Positions 1-13,966 of a DNA stretch of 64,000 nucleotides are shown one piece after another. Position 1 is the stretch's first letter; each line of letters opens with the position of its first letter. The translations under genes and the position numbers were made by a program. The stretch is from Octopus vulgaris. Taxonomy: Eukaryota. Below the pieces are notes generated by a model that did not search any database, was not told where the DNA came from, and saw nothing but the letters and a program-made list of their open reading frames with translations. The stretch lies in NCBI GenBank assembly GCA_951406725.2, contig OX597820.1:87668001-87732000 (forward strand). Direction: 5' to 3'.

Positions 1-367
1 CAATATCTAGGAATGGGGAGTTTATATGAAATGTTTGGAATGGAGGGAATTTCTCTAAAATTTCCCAGTGCTTGGTGGTGACAGTTAAATCAGGAGGTCA
101 GTTAAACTTATGGTTGTAAAATAGTCATGTGTAAGCTACCGTTACAGGCTGCTGTGCCTGTTTATTTTTTCTGTCCAGAAAACTGGATTATTGAGGTAGA
201 GGAATGGTAGAAATCTGGTTTATTTCATTTGAATTTAGTTGTAATTTCTTATATAGGTACATGGCTTGAATTTTGTTAGGTGGGTTAGTTTATTAAACCA
301 CCCACAGTACTTTAACTAGCTCTTCATTGTATTAACCTTGGAAGAAGGTAAGTATTAACTTTGGTAG

Positions 368-625
<258 letters not shown>

Positions 626-1649
626 TAAAATGGTTGACAGTTCTCGATTCTTTTTTCTTAATATTCTCATAAGAACACTTGATGTTTTTAGTGTTTTGAG
701 CTCTGGCTCAATTCGGAAAAGTTGGTAAAGAATTAAAGAGACTTATTTGCCAGAAATTTGGCACAAGTACTGATATGATGTGAGTGGGATAGGTCTACAA
801 TTGTGTAAACTTAGTCCTGCCTTATCTTTTCTGTATGGTCCACTATGTGAAGGTGCATGGTCTAGTTAGTATTCTTCTCACTATCATAAGGGTGTGGGTT
901 TGATTCTAGGACTAGATGGTGTTTTGTGTCCTTGAGTAAGACACTTCATTTTATGTTGCTCCAGTCTACTCAGCTGAAAAGAATGCCCACATTTTCATGT
1001 TTCCATGGGTCAGATGGAATTTCTTGAAACAGATTTTATATCGTTGGATGCCCTTCCTGTCACCAACACTTGCATGTTTCCAAATAAGTTAATTTTTTCC
1101 CCTATACTTGGATATCTTTTTCCAAAGAAGACTAGAAACAACCTCGTTTGTATGTCGATGTTCATCATAGCCATCGCTTGAGGACTCAAAAAAGGCAGTG
1201 GTTTGCACCTTATAATTGATATTGTATTATCTGTAGCTAAGATACTTAACTTTTAACTGCTAAATACTTAGTTCTGTGTTGGTGCTACAGATGATAATAA
1301 TTTCCTACTGTGAAGTAGTAGAGTAGGCCAAGTAAGGAAGTATTAGCTTTTTTTTGCTGATTCCTAAGCTGGCTAATGTATAGGTTTGTGACAATCATCA
1401 GGAGAAAGCAACCGATAAATATATTTTAAGCTATATTTGGTCATTGAAAAATTTATATTTCACAAGATAATTTGATTGTAAATTATTTTATTCACCAAGT
1501 ATAATTTAGGTTTTGGTGTTAAATACTTTTAACAGATCTCTGTTTTAATAATTATTGATTCAATCTAGTGAATCAACAATTAAACTAGTAGCTTTGTAAA
1601 ATACATGTAAATTTCATCAAATGTTAATAATTTTAACAGTTAGTATTAA

Positions 1650-2600
1650 TCATCATCATTTAATGTCCATATTCCATGCTGGCATGGGTTAAACAGCTCG
1701 ACTGGAACTGGTTAGCTGGAGAGCTGTACCATGTTCCAGTCTGAATTTGGTTTGAATGCCCTTCTAAATGCCAACTGCTCCAAGAGTGTAGTTGGTGCCT
1801 TTTATGTGTGGCCAGCACCGACCTCAAGAGATTTGTGATTTGTCAGCTTTCCTACTTACTAAGACTTTGGTTTTTGTTAAATTAACTCTGAGACCCTTTG
1901 ATTCCAAACCTTGCTTCCACTCCTGAAATTTTTTTCTCCAATTCTGGTAGTGATTCAGCTATAAGAACAGTTATTAGCATAAAAAAGCTCCCAGGGGCAG
2001 CCCAACTTAAATTCCTCTTATTTCTTGGAGGACTATGATGAACTAGTAGTGGGCTGAGAACTGATCCTTGGTGGGCTCCTACTTGTATGCTGAATTCATT
2101 GCTATACTTGTTGCCAACCCTCACCTTACTGATAGCATCCTTGTACATAGCATGTATAGCTCTCATCAGCCACTCTTCTATCCCTAGTTTCCACAATGAC
2201 CACCAGGTAAGGGAGCGGGTGGGGGGGGGGGGCACTGTCGAAGGCTTTCTCCATGTCAACAAAAGCCAAGTACAGAGGTTTATTTCTAGCTAAGTACTTC
2301 TCTTATAGCTGCCTTAATAGGAATATAGCATTAGTAGTTTCACCCTGGCACAAAACCGAACTGCATCTCTTTTATCTAACTCTCTTCCTAATTAGTTGGG
2401 CTCTCCAGAAGAGTTTATACTTACACCTCTTGCTGTGAGGAACCTGGCTGAAAATCCCCTCCACCTAACTTCTTGAATGCAGCGCACATCTGCACATCTC
2501 CATTCAAGTATCTCAACAATCTCAACAGATCTACCTTTCAATGTGCCTTGCCAACTCTGAGGGAATGCATGGAGAGGCAGGAAGTAACATGAGGGAAGGG
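1650..2600 (-). mobile_element. Degenerate RTE-clade LINE
   Basis: RT-like peptide LWKLGIEEWLMRAIHAMY...VGAHQGSVLSPLL; frameshifted; (GAT)n 3' tail near 1650. Confidence 0.8.
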
Positions 2601-2844
2601 AACTGCAGTTTTCAGCATCTGAAAAGAAGGCTTTAAAGAGTGTTTGTCAACAGACATGTCATAACAGTTCTCCTTGCATTTAATCTCCCACCATTCATGT
2701 TATACTTGCTGCCTCCACTGGGTATTAATTTTTTTTATATAGTTTTGTAGTTTGAAATCTGGCATTGTCTTCCTTTAACCAAAATTGGTCAGTGGAGGTA
2801 TAAAAAAAAATGTTTTAATTTTCATGATTATTTAAAATTAATAT

Positions 2845-3040
2845 TGGCTTCAAATTTTGGCACAAGGCCAGCAATTTTGTGGGAGTGGGTAAGTCAAGTT
2901 TATCGATTCTAGTGCTCAACTGGTACTTATTTTATCAACCCTAAAAGGTAAAGTGAACCTTGGTGGAATTTGAACTCAGATGAAGTGGCACTAGGCATTT
3001 TGCCCAGCATGCTAATGATTCTGACAGTTTGCTGCTGTGT
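2845..3040 (-). mobile_element. SINE family A copy
   Basis: Reverse complement of the ggcagaat..ttagc..gagttcaaatt..gccttgtgcc consensus seen in many copies. Confidence 0.7.
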
Positions 3041-3261
3041 TTTAAATTAATATTGATTCCAACTTACAACCTGTGTATAATCATTTTGAGTAATGACTGT
3101 TTTGTTATCATTTGTATGGTGGAGTGCACCTGTATTGACTTTTTCATCTTCCCAGAAGTTAATAAAAGAAGTACTGCAGGTTGATTTATTGAATTATACG
3201 CCACCTCTATGTATACACATGTTAATGAAAGAAACCAAATTTATTATTTAACTGAGAGGAG

Positions 3262-3436
3262 TGGGTTGGCAGAATTATTAGAGTTGGTATTTGTTTTGGT
3301 TCTTAATGGTCTGTGTTCAAATCCTGACAAACTCAGCTTTGTTTTTTTCATATTTCCAGGGTAATAAAATAAAGTATCAGTTAAGCATTAAGATCACTGT
3401 AATCAGCTAAATCACTTCTCTCAAATTTCTTAGTGC

Positions 3437-3470
<34 letters not shown>

Positions 3471-3998
3471 GGGTGGTAAGCTGGCAGAATCGTTAGCATG
3501 CTGGGTGAAATGCTTAGTGATATTATGTCTGTTGCTGTGTTCTGAGTTCAAATTCTGCCGAGGTCGACTTTGCCTTTCATCCTTTAGAGGCCAATTAAGT
3601 ACCAGTTATGCACTGAGGTCAATGTGATTGATTTAATCCCTTCACCCAAATTTCAGGCCTTGCACCTACAGTAGGAAGGATTATTATTACTAAGGCAGCT
3701 AGTTGGCAGAAATGTTAGCACACCAAGGGAAATGTTTAGTGGTATTTTGTCTACTGCTACATTCTGAGTTGAAATTCTTCTGCAGTTGACTTTGGCTTTC
3801 ATCCTTTCAGGGTCGATTAAATAAGTATCAGTTATATACTAGGGTCAGTGTAATCGACTTAATCCCTTCCCCCAAATTTGAGGCCTTGTGCTTCCAGTAG
3901 AAAGGATTATTATTATTTATTATTATTGTTATTATTATTATTTATTATTATTGTTATTATTATTATTATTATTTATTATTATTGTTATTATTATTATT
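3262..3998 (+). mobile_element. Three tandem SINE family A copies with (TTA)n tails
   Basis: Repeated ggcagaat...gttcaaat...ctttcatcc...ggccttg...aggattattatt units near 3265, 3470 and 3692. Confidence 0.8.
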
Positions 3999-4001
3999 CA
4001 G

Positions 4002-4117
4002 CTTGCTCTAGGAAATGTGATATCTGCTCTTGGAGACAAAACAAAGAAAGGTTGCCACGTTCCCTATCGTGATTCTAAATTAACGCGACTATTACAAGAC
4101 TCTTTGGGAGGTAACAG
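4002..4117 (+). CDS. KIF21A: KIF21-like exon (motor domain, microtubule-binding region)
   Basis: ttcag|CTT...AG|gtaagt; [38 protein letters not shown]; phase 0 to 2. Confidence 0.95.
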
Positions 4118-4613
4118 GTAAGTCACTGTTGTACATCCTCAGCATTTTAAGATATACTTATTTCCATAATTAGGTTTCTAGTGGAAGTTTTCAACAATTG
4201 CATTTTAAAACTATTCATTTCTAGTGATATTGATAGTTAATGCAGGACTGCAGTGATGTGACACATAGACTTTTAGCTCAACAATGAAAGCTAATCAAAT
4301 ACTTGTTAATTAAATCCTCTGCTGCTTAGCCATGCATATTGCTTACTTGTGATACCTATTTATATCTTGGCAGATTAATATAAGCAGAGTCTAAGACCAT
4401 GCTGTTTGCTGCTACTAGTGATTTATCTTCTGTGTCGAGCGCCTGGTTTTGAACCCCCAAAGTTCCTTCTGTTTGGTAGTTTGAACCTACTAGAAATAAT
4501 AATCAAACCATCCTAATGTTACATATTAAAACTTTAACAATAGAAAGGACACTTGGATAATGTAGTTCATTGCCTGCAAAAAAAAAAAAAAAAAAATGAA
4601 AATCATGTTTATA

Positions 4614-4784
4614 GGCGCAGGAGTGGCTGTGTGGTAAGTAGCTTGTTTACCAACCACATGGTTCCGGGTTCAGTCCCACTGCGTGGCACCTTGGGCAAGT
4701 GTCTTCTACTATAGCCTCGGGCCGACCAATGCCTTGTGAGTGGATTTGGTAGACGGAAACTGAAAGAAGCCCGTCGTATATATG

Positions 4785-4815
<31 letters not shown>

Positions 4816-5010
4816 CTGTGTTTGTCCCCCTAGCATTGCTTGACAACCGATGCTGGTGTGTTTATGTCCCCGTTACTTAGCGGTTCGGCAAAAGAGACCG
4901 ATAGAATAAGTACTGGGCTTACAAAAGAATAAGTCCCAGGGTCGACTTGCTCGATTGAAGGCGGTGCTCCAGCATGGCCGCAGTCAAATGACTGAAACAA
5001 GTAAAAGAGT
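4614..5010 (+). mobile_element. Young tRNA-derived SINE family B, full length
   Basis: A/B-box-like head (gtggctgtgtggtaag, ggttcagtccc), ccttgggcaagtgtc core, internal (TA)n(TG)n, aaaagagt tail; near-identical inverted copy at 40599-41005. Confidence 0.88.
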
Positions 5011-5414
5011 ATGGCAGGAATGCTTTGGTTCACAAGTCTACTGTATTGAAGTTGGCATAGATTGAAACAGTAACCTTTTCAACTCAGGCTGAAACAGTAA
5101 CCCTCTTGGCTCAACTGTTTATGAAATTTCAGTTTTGTATTTGAAATAAAAATCATCATCATCATCCTTGTCATCCATGTTGTCGTCATTTAGTATCTGT
5201 TTTCCATAACATGGGCAAGACAGTTTGACTGGAGATGGAAAATCAGAGAGCTGCACCAGGCTCCCATCTCTTTTGGATTGGTTTCTATGATTGGATGCCT
5301 TTTCTAATGCCAACCTCGCCACAGAGTATACTGGGTGGCTCTAACATGTCACTGGCATGAGTGCCTTTAAAAAAACTTTTAGCTTAGATTATATTTTCTC
5401 TATTTTCATTTCAG

Positions 5415-5610
5415 CCGAACCCTCATGATTGCTTGCATTTCACCATCTGATAGAGATTTTATGGAAACATTAAACACACTAAAATATGCTAATAGGGCCA
5501 AAAACATCCGGAATGTTGTTGTAGCAAACCAGGATAAAGCCAGCAAATTGTTAGCCCAATTAAGGACTGAAAACAGCCTTTTACAGAAGGAATTATTAGA
5601 ATACAAAACA
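5415..5610 (+). CDS. KIF21A: KIF21-like exon (end of motor, neck)
   Basis: tttcag|C CGA ACC...ACA|gtaagt; (S)[33 protein letters not shown]...ELLEYKT; phase 2 to 0. Confidence 0.95.
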
Positions 5611-6920
5611 GTAAGTATATGCTTTTCATTAAATTTTTTTCTTAATGATGTGTTAATCCATGGCAAACCTTATCACAGTCATATAGCATGAGTGTAGTTA
5701 GCCAAATAGTGAGACCTAACTCACAAGTCTTTCTTCACCACAGTTATTCCATGCTTCGCTTTTTGCAAAGGCCACACTCAGACATGTAATACTGAATCAA
5801 GGGTTGTAATTTGTCAGTCTGTTCCTGTATGCTCACAGGTTTTGGTGGTGGCCACAGCAGAAGAGGACAAGATGGGTACAGTCAGAACAGAATGGAACAG
5901 TTGCTGCTGTTCTTCACTTACTGTTGGTGGTGTGCAACCTTGCACCGTATCAGAGGCCAGTTAGGCTACTGATGTTGCAGTTATTTCTGTTTGTGTGTAT
6001 TCTTTGTACTTGTCCAGGCTTAATGGGAATGTATTGTGTTTAAAATGTTGTTAGTGTTATGTGTGTATACATCTATGGGTATTTGTAGCTTCAAGATTTC
6101 GATAGGCAATTATTTTTAAGAATGACACAGGTATAGTGTGAGAGGCCAGATCTGGCCAATTTGAACATAAACCCAGTAGAATATTTCAGCCAGACATTTT
6201 CTAGTTTAAATGCTAAAGGGCTATTATATTTGGATATCACTTTTTGTTCATTTGACACTGCATTTTTAAATTCTCTTTTTACTATTGATTTTTATCAACA
6301 TTAATTTAAGCTTATTAATTATATGTAATAAGTTTGCTGAGATTGTTGGATTTTCTCATTTGAAATCCCTTGGTATTGTGTCCAAACAATATGGTCAAGC
6401 TGTAGTAAAGACAAGGTTAGCACCCAGTTTCGTTCTCTGTAATGCTAAAACAATGAGATATTTAGTCCTGGATATTGCAGGACATGGAGCTCTGACCTTT
6501 TTACTAGCTATGTGTTACCTATTCACTTAACCTGCTTTATACTTAGTTAAAGATTGGCCCGTGAAGTTGTTCAATATAATGATACAAGTAATTCCAAATT
6601 TTGATCTCCAGAGATGTTTATGTGTGTGGCAGTACCAGCAATATGTAACTCTGAGTTCTTGTTGAGCCCACATTTCAGTCTTTTTGATTTGTGGGTTACC
6701 TCTCTTTGAGCAGTGAATTGGGGCTGTGGTTGTTTATTATTTTTTTTTTCAATTTGCTGGTCCATCTGTTAACTGCTTAAAACAATTTCTAGTCTCCTTC
6801 ATCATCATAAATATTTAAACAGTTCCCTCACAAAATATAAGTATATAGAAAATTTTCTTATAAAGATTTAAATATGTAGGTAAATTCAAATATTAAAGTA
6901 TGTTATTTATTTCAACACAG

Positions 6921-7110
6921 GGAAAACGTTTAGTTGACAGTGATGGCGTGGAAGGAATGAATGACTTCTTTGCTGAAAATACGATGTTGCAATCTGAGAA
7001 TGAGAAACTGCGGCAACGGTTGAAGGCAATGACTAAGACAGTTGAAGGCCTCAGAGATCGGAACATACAGCTAGCAACTGAAAATAACTTATACAAGCAA
7101 AGTAACTCAG
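6921..7110 (+). CDS. KIF21A: KIF21-like exon (coiled coil 1)
   Basis: acacag|GGA...G|gtaaga; GKRLVDSDGVEGMNDFFAENTMLQSENEKLRQRLKAM, resembles KIF21 GKR..D.EG....NDM..EN.MLQ.EN; phase 0 to 1. Confidence 0.93.
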
Positions 7111-8049
7111 GTAAGAAATCTTACTTTGTTAACTTAATCATTTATTTTTTTACAAATACGAATTTATTTGTTTTACTTTCGGCAGACATTAATTTACAGT
7201 AAGTTTGAATGCATAAATTGAGATTCACCATTGTCCATGTCTCCATCCATATTTACTGTTCTTGACATTCATTTTTATCCTCATCTCTATCTTAACATTC
7301 ACCTTCCACACTCTTGCCAACTTACCCACCTGGCCATCCTCGATACTCAGACCCTATTCTCCCTTTATTCGCCTTGTACCTTGAGGATGCACCCTTACTC
7401 TTCTCCATCTTTTCTACCTTTCCTGCTGGGTTATGACACCTGTCCCTCTATCATACTTTAGCTTATCAGCATTTGTCACAAAGCTATCCCTATCAATATT
7501 ACTCCTGCAAATATCCCTACTAACACTTTTACAACTACTATAGTTCTCAGTATATAACGTGTATGTGTGCAATATGTCTATAGAATTCCCTTTCTCATAT
7601 TCTCAGCACTAGCATCTTTCTTCCAATAAACACTTTACTCTTGCTTTTTGCATCTCCCTTTAGCTAACTATTTAGCTCTATAATGAAATTTTCTTACTTC
7701 TCACTATTACTGCATTACCTTTTGCTAAACACCATCTTCTTTCACTGTCTATCTCTCTGTCTCTCTCTGAGTTTGTCTCTCTCTTTCTTTTAACTTCATA
7801 GCATAACATATGTATGCACACTGTTAAATATCAAAGTTGTTTGTTAATTTGGTGGAGTAGATTTAAACCATCACTATGTTTAACTCCACCAGCTGGTCCA
7901 TGTTACAAACACTTGGGCCATGTCTCCAGACTGAGCATCCTTCCCTTCTTCGCACTAGTCTTGTCCCTAAAAAATATTATGAAGCATTGTATTCTCTCCT
8001 CTGGCTGCCATATTTTTTAAAAATTGCTAACAAATGTTTAAAGATCAGT

Positions 8050-8290
8050 AGTGTTGCTGAAATAGATCATCTGGCTAAATGTCATTTAGTTTCATTCAAC
8101 AATGTTCCATATCCAAATATTGTTGAGGTCCATTTTTGCTTTTCATCTCTAGAATTACTGAAACAATTTCTAATAGAATACTGGAATTGATGTAATCAGG
8201 TATCAAACTTCTTGATAGCCAACTCATCTCAAACAACACTTCCAGTTCTATGCTAACATCTGAGATCACATTTCTGGTCCTATCGTACAA
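8050..8290 (+). mobile_element. Possible old Penelope-like RT remnant
   Basis: LVSFNNVPYPNI resembles the LVSFDV.SLYPNI motif; heavily decayed. Confidence 0.35.
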
Positions 8291-8680
8291 AAACCAGCTA
8301 CTTTTGATACCAACCCATTCAAAACCATACCAGATTTTATCATACAAAACCACCTCATCTTAGTGTTCATATTTCATTTTAAATATTCCACCATAATTTT
8401 ATGGAAGAACATTTTATGTTATAAACAGCAGTTTAATAATATTAAAGTTAACCATTTTACCAAAACCCTCCAATTTTTTTAATATTTTCAAGAGCACTAA
8501 ACTTTAAACTATGGTCATGAAGGAGTTTTTAAGAATGAATGATAGGGGAAGAATATACTGATAGTGATTAACAACTTGGTGTGTTCTACCTTGTCTATAA
8601 ATGTATCTGTGATCATACCAGAACCCATTGTTTTAATATATATCAATTAGTACTCCTCATGTACATTTCTTCTCTTTTAG

Positions 8681-8747
8681 AACCTTTGAACAATGAACAA
8701 CTAACAACTGTGATACAAAATTATAGTAAAGAAACAGAGTCACTTCG
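8681..8747 (+). CDS. KIF21A: KIF21-like exon (not in ORF track)
   Basis: cttttag|AA...CG|gtatgt; (E)PLNNEQLTTVIQNYSKETESL(R); phase 1 to 2 joins both neighbours. Confidence 0.9.
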
Positions 8748-8926
8748 GTATGTATAACAAAAGAAGTTTTTTTTTTTATATATAATCGTATCTGCTACAA
8801 TTGATGTAACTGATTAGAAAACCTGAGCAACATATACTGTATTATTTACAGGTAAATTATTTTTAATAGGAATTTATTCTGTAATCAAGATTGACAGTTC
8901 TTTGCAATATTGATGTTTGGCTACAA

Positions 8927-9332
8927 ACTGGCAGAATCATTAGTATGCTGGGCATCTATCCTTATGTTCTGGGTTCAAATTCCACTGAGGTTGACTTTGC
9001 CTTTCACCCTTTCAGAGTCAATAAAATAGGTACCAGTTGAACATGGGTCAATATATATTTCTTTACTGCCCACAAGGGGCTAAACATAGAGGGGACAAAC
9101 AAGGACAGACAAAGGGAGTAAGTCGATTACATCGACCCCAGTGCGAAACTGGTACTTTATTTATCGACCCCGAAAGGATGAAAGGTAAAGTCGACCTCGG
9201 CAGAATTTGAACTCAGAATGTAACGACAGACGAAATACCGCTAAGCATTTCGCCTGGCGCACTAACGTTTCTGCCAGCTCAACTTAACGCTTCCCCGCAA
9301 AATTGCTGGCTTTACACCAAACTTTGAAACCA
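8927..9332. mobile_element. SINE A (+) interrupted by a related minus-strand SINE (about 9053-9282)
   Basis: Host head 8927-9050 and tail 9285-9332 flank a CpG-intact inverted copy with a different 3' end. Confidence 0.72.
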
Positions 9333-9450
9333 ATAACTTGATGTAAATCTTTTGCATTGTTTTAAGAGACTAAAAATGAATCAAATGAAAAGAAAGCTAG
9401 TTGAGAATCAATATGTATTAATTACAGCTGCTATATATATATATATATAT

Positions 9451-9477
<27 letters not shown>

Positions 9478-9481
<4 letters not shown>

Positions 9482-9920
9482 GACTGTGTGGTTAAGCAGT
9501 TTGCTTTGGGACCACATAGCTTGGGGTTCACTCTCACTTGCATGCTTGCATGAACAGTGGCTATAGAAGGCACCAGTTGACTATATCATGAGTGAACTTT
9601 AATAGACCAAAACTAGAAGCCCATTGTGTTTGTGTGCGTGTTTGTGCATGTCTGTTTATGTGTGTTCATGTGTGTGAATGAGAATGTATTCTCCTTCTCT
9701 TAACATGTACACATAGATTGTGAACAAAAAGTGTCATTTTTATGTAATCTTCCATTGAAAGTATGTCCAGGCAATCTATTGTTCATTAGACCAGGGGAAA
9801 TAATACCTTGTTTGGAAACAAATAAAGGTTGGCAACATAAAGAGCATCCAGCTGTAGAAAAATCTGCCTTAGTAAAGTCTTTTCTGACCCATTTAATCAT
9901 GAAAAAGTGGATGTTGAAAC
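9478..9920 (+). mobile_element. Old SINE B-like copy with RTE-type tail
   Basis: tgactgtgtggttaag head; catccagctgtagaaa tail. Confidence 0.6.
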
Positions 9921-9971
9921 AATGATATGGTATAAACTTGTCCCTGAATCAGCCTTCGTTGACACATCACT

Positions 9972-10007
<36 letters not shown>

Positions 10008-10145
10008 GATTTCAATGACCCTGAAAGGAGGAAAGGCAAAATTGACCTCGGCAGAATTTGAATTTAAAACGCTTAGACAGACAAAATACTGCTAAGCAAT
10101 TTGTCTAGCATACTAATGTTCTCTTAGCTTACCACCTTAGTGATG

Positions 10146-10177
<32 letters not shown>

Positions 10178-10367
10178 GATGACTTTAGCTTTTTATATGA
10201 TTTTGAATTTTCAGCAGTTATTGAAAAATTCTGTTTAAATTTTCCATTTATATTTTGACTATTATATGTATCTATAGTATTTTATATGTGTGTTTCAGTT
10301 TAGTTCTTATTTTCCTTCTCTATTTGAAGTACAATACTTTATATATTTGTTTCCCTCTTTTTCACAG

Positions 10368-10592
10368 TGCTAAATTAGCAGAAGCAGAGTCTAGATGTAA
10401 AGTTGCACAGACTTCTGCTTCTCGAGCTCAGTCTCGGCTGGCTCTTAGCCCACGGGTTCCAATGTCTTCCTCTCTTATTGAAGTACCCAACAGTCCCGAG
10501 ATAAACAATTATGATCTGCTGAAAGAGGCTAACGAAGATTTACGAAGCCTCAAAGAAAAGATAAAATACCGCACAGGAGGAGATGGTCAAGA
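10368..10592 (+). CDS. KIF21A: KIF21-like exon
   Basis: ttcacag|T GCT AAA...GA|gtaagt; AKLAEAESRCKV...GGDGQ(E); phase 2 to 2. Confidence 0.9.
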
Positions 10593-11986
10593 GTAAGTAA
10601 AAGAGTTGCTTAAATTGTTGTTTTTGACTAGTAACACTTTCATTCTAAATTTTTAGTTAATCTCCTGTACCACCTAGATATCTCCCTCTCTCTCTTTTCT
10701 TGGTTTTCTGTTCCCACTCCAAGTTACATTTCTCACCCTTCGCATCTTAGTTCTCTGTATCTCCCCTCACCTTCATCTCTGTCTGTCATTCTCTCTCATT
10801 CTCTCTCTCTTTCTCTGTGTCTACCTTCTAATTCTGCCCCCCCCCCATCCTTTCTGTTGCTATTATAATGTTATGTATTTGTACCTACTGCAATGAGAAG
10901 CCACAAATTAATGTTGTGATGAATGTTCAGTATGTTTGAGATACAAATTGAGGTGCATAATCATGTAGTTCAGGGTCTGATCCCGTTCTAAAACCCTTCT
11001 GAGACAAGCGTCTTCTACTGAAGTCTCAAAGTGGCTCAAGTCCTATAAGTAAAACTTAAACAGAAACTAGAAGACCATCAGAATGACTGTACTTGCCTTT
11101 TTGGTGTTGGGCTTTGTGTCTGCTCAGTTTAATACCACCACTATCACCTGACCCTTGAGTGCCTTAAGCAAGGTGCGATTCTGATGATACACTACATCCT
11201 ATTTCGATAAACTGCCGCCTGGTTTCTCTGTTTTTCACCAAATCTGGCTGCCATAATAAAGATCACAGGTCCTACCATTCTTTCTGTAATTTATCTTCAT
11301 AGATATATTATTACAGTGTTAATGCAGGATGTATGCTTGATGAAGTGTTGTTAGCTGATTAAAAGTTTTGCTAAGCCCACTGTTTACTAATGGTTTGAAG
11401 AAAACCTGGCATAAGATTGAAGACTGAACCAAACTCACGCAGTAAGGTATTTGGTTCTGGTATAAAGAAGAATGCTATAACATAACATCCAGTACACACT
11501 GTAGTGGTTAGCATTAGGTAGGGCATCCAACTGTAGAAACTATACTGACTAGACACTAGAGCACAATGCAGTTCTTAGGCCCATTGGATCCTGTCAAGCT
11601 ACTCAACCCATGTCAGCATGGAACATGGATGTTAAATGGTGATGATTTTTTTTTTTTTTTTTTTTTTTTTTATAGGATTGAGGAATTTTGCTTAAATTTG
11701 TAATGAGCTTTAGAGAAAAGTTGAATCACTACCACATGCAATTGGTTGTAGTGAGAGCCATAGAGATCCTGATATCATGGATTCACCAAATTTTATATAA
11801 GTTATTGTTAAAACTAAATTTTGAGAAAAGAATCATGAAATACCCAAAAAATATCTAGACTGGTAGCTCAAAGTAACTCATTAAACTTAGTATGATATAA
11901 AAGACAAAAAAAAGAAACTGATCTTTTTTTTTTATATTAATTGTTGTCTATAATATGAGATTGTTTTTTTGTATACTTTGTTTTAG

Positions 11987-12119
11987 AAGTGACAAAGAAA
12001 ATATCTGTGAAGGAAATATCCAGCTGAAAAACAACTGTGAGGGTATTCCTTGTGATTCATTGTCAGACATCACTGGCGAAGTATTTGAAGCTTTGAGTGA
12101 AGAATTTTATGCTGGAGAG
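11987..12119 (+). CDS. KIF21A: KIF21-like exon (acidic linker)
   Basis: ttttag|A AGT GAC...GAG|gtcagt; SDKENICEGN...EEFYAGE; phase 2 to 0. Confidence 0.82.
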
Positions 12120-12249
12120 GTCAGTTTGAAATTTAATTATTTAAGAGTGTAAGATTTAAATTTTGGTAATACAGTAAAGTGGTGTTGTAGATGTGTGACA
12201 AAAGGATTTTTTATAATTAATACCATTATTTTTATTATTATTATTATTA

Positions 12250-12955
12250 TGGTGACGAGATGGCAGAATTGTTAGTTTTTTTTAAAAATTTTTTATGTGC
12301 CCTTTTCAAGCCTAGCCTGGCTCATGGACCCGGTTTCTATGGCATATGTGTTCCCCCAAGCTGGACGGGACACCAGTCCATCACAGCGTTACTCAAGAAA
12401 CAGGAAGAAAGAGTGAGAGAAAGTTGGGGTGAAAGAGTACAACAGGGGTTGCCACCACCCCCTGCCGGAGCTTCGTGGAGCTTTAGGTGTTTTCACACAA
12501 TGCCAGGTCTGGGAATCAAAACCGTGATCCTCTGACCGCAAGTTCGCTGCCCTAACCACTGGGCCATTATGCCTCCACCAAATTGTTAGTACACTGAGCA
12601 AAATGCTTAGCATTTTTTCCCACTTTACATTCTGAGTTCAAATTCTGCCAAGGTCAACTTTTCCTTTCATCCTTTCAGGGTCAATAAAGTACCAGTTGAG
12701 TACTGGGGTTGATGTTATCGACTTCCCTCCCCTCCACACAATCCAGGCCTCGTGCCTATAGTAGAAAGGATGATTATCATCATCACCATCAAGATGGCAG
12801 CAGGCTGGCAGAATTGTTTGCTTGGTAGTTCATCTGTCTTTGTTCTGAGTTTAAATTCCACTGAGGTTGACTTTGTCTGGAATTAATGTTATTGGCTAGT
12901 CCCCTCCCCTAAAATTGCAGGCCTTGTGCCTATAGTAGAGAGGATAATTGTTATT
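12250..12955. mobile_element. SINE A copies with nested minus-strand tRNA-derived SINE (12277-12580)
   Basis: 10-bp target duplication aattgttagt at 12267-12276 and 12581-12590; insert has T-rich end and tRNA-like head. Confidence 0.82.
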
Positions 12956-13477
12956 ATTCTAAATAGATATGAATATAATAGTGTAGGTGTATGCAAACAT
13001 TCATTTTCAGCACAATCTTAGATCACACTACTTACTAAACAAATATGAATTCTTTTCTCTATAAGCAAGAGTTTTTAAAAAATTGTTCTATTTTTTTAAA
13101 TATTTTATATCTCCTCACACCCAGTCTTGTATTGGTTGTATCATTTGTTGAAGCAATTACCTTTCCAGAGATATACACGTTCTATTGTGAGGTCATTAGT
13201 CTAACTTCTTAACTTACATCATTGGTAGAAAAAGGAAGATACCATCACTGTGTTTGAAAAGAAATTATACTAAATTCTTTAGAATGCAATAACATAGGAA
13301 GGTTCTGAGTTTTTGCATAATTGGAATGATAGAAAATGATTCCAAGAAACTGATTTAATTAATATCAACTTCGAAAAAAATAGTTAAATATTGATGATTT
13401 TAGATGAACTTGGCACTGGAAGTTCACTGAACTTTTTATTGTTTATATTGATAAAGTTTTATGCTTTCTCTATTCAG

Positions 13478-13541
13478 GAAATGGTTGAAGAGGATTCTGA
13501 ATGCTTTGATTTCAACACTGATGACACTGATGAAGAAGAAG
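13478..13541 (+). CDS. KIF21A: KIF21-like exon (acidic linker)
   Basis: attcag|GAA...G|gtttgt; EMVEEDSECFDFNTDDTDEEE; phase 0 to 1. Confidence 0.82.
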
Positions 13542-13732
13542 GTTTGTTAACGATTGCTAAAACTTCTATTAGTATTTATCTCTTATGTAGATCTAATATT
13601 AATCATTTTATACTGTCACTTTTTGTCAAGGAATATTTCAGCCAGACTTATTAATATTACTTTCTATTATTTGAAAAAACTTCAAAAATATTAAAATTTC
13701 AAATCAAAAGTGAAGCTCATTTGATATATAAA

Positions 13733-13966
13733 CACTCGCCCCACTACTTGATATTTTAATGGCATTACATTAAAATTAATTCAAAAGTTACTTGTTTTCA
13801 TCAATTATACATATAAAATATATTATCAGATGTTGTAAGAAGTATAAAAGTGCACTCACCCTGACTGTTCTGTTTTCATGTCATTACATTGAAATTGGTT
13901 CAGAAGTGATTAGTCTCGTGTCAGTTATACACATATGATGTATTATCAGATGTCAAGGGTATAAAC
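13733..13966. repeat. Diverged tandem duplication, about 120-bp unit x2
   Basis: cactc..cattacatt.aaatt..ttca.aagt..ttatac..tattatcagatgt..gtataaa occurs twice. Confidence 0.7.

Noticed and set aside
4609-5033. Short ORFs similar to those at 34608-34923, 40572-41005 and 60102-60293
   Set aside because: Similarity comes from SINE B copies, not a gene family
11181-11215. CTGATGA hammerhead-like core
   Set aside because: No GAAA partner or supporting stems
12505-12577. tRNA gene on the minus strand
   Set aside because: It is the head of a SINE bounded by a TSD; no complete cloverleaf seen
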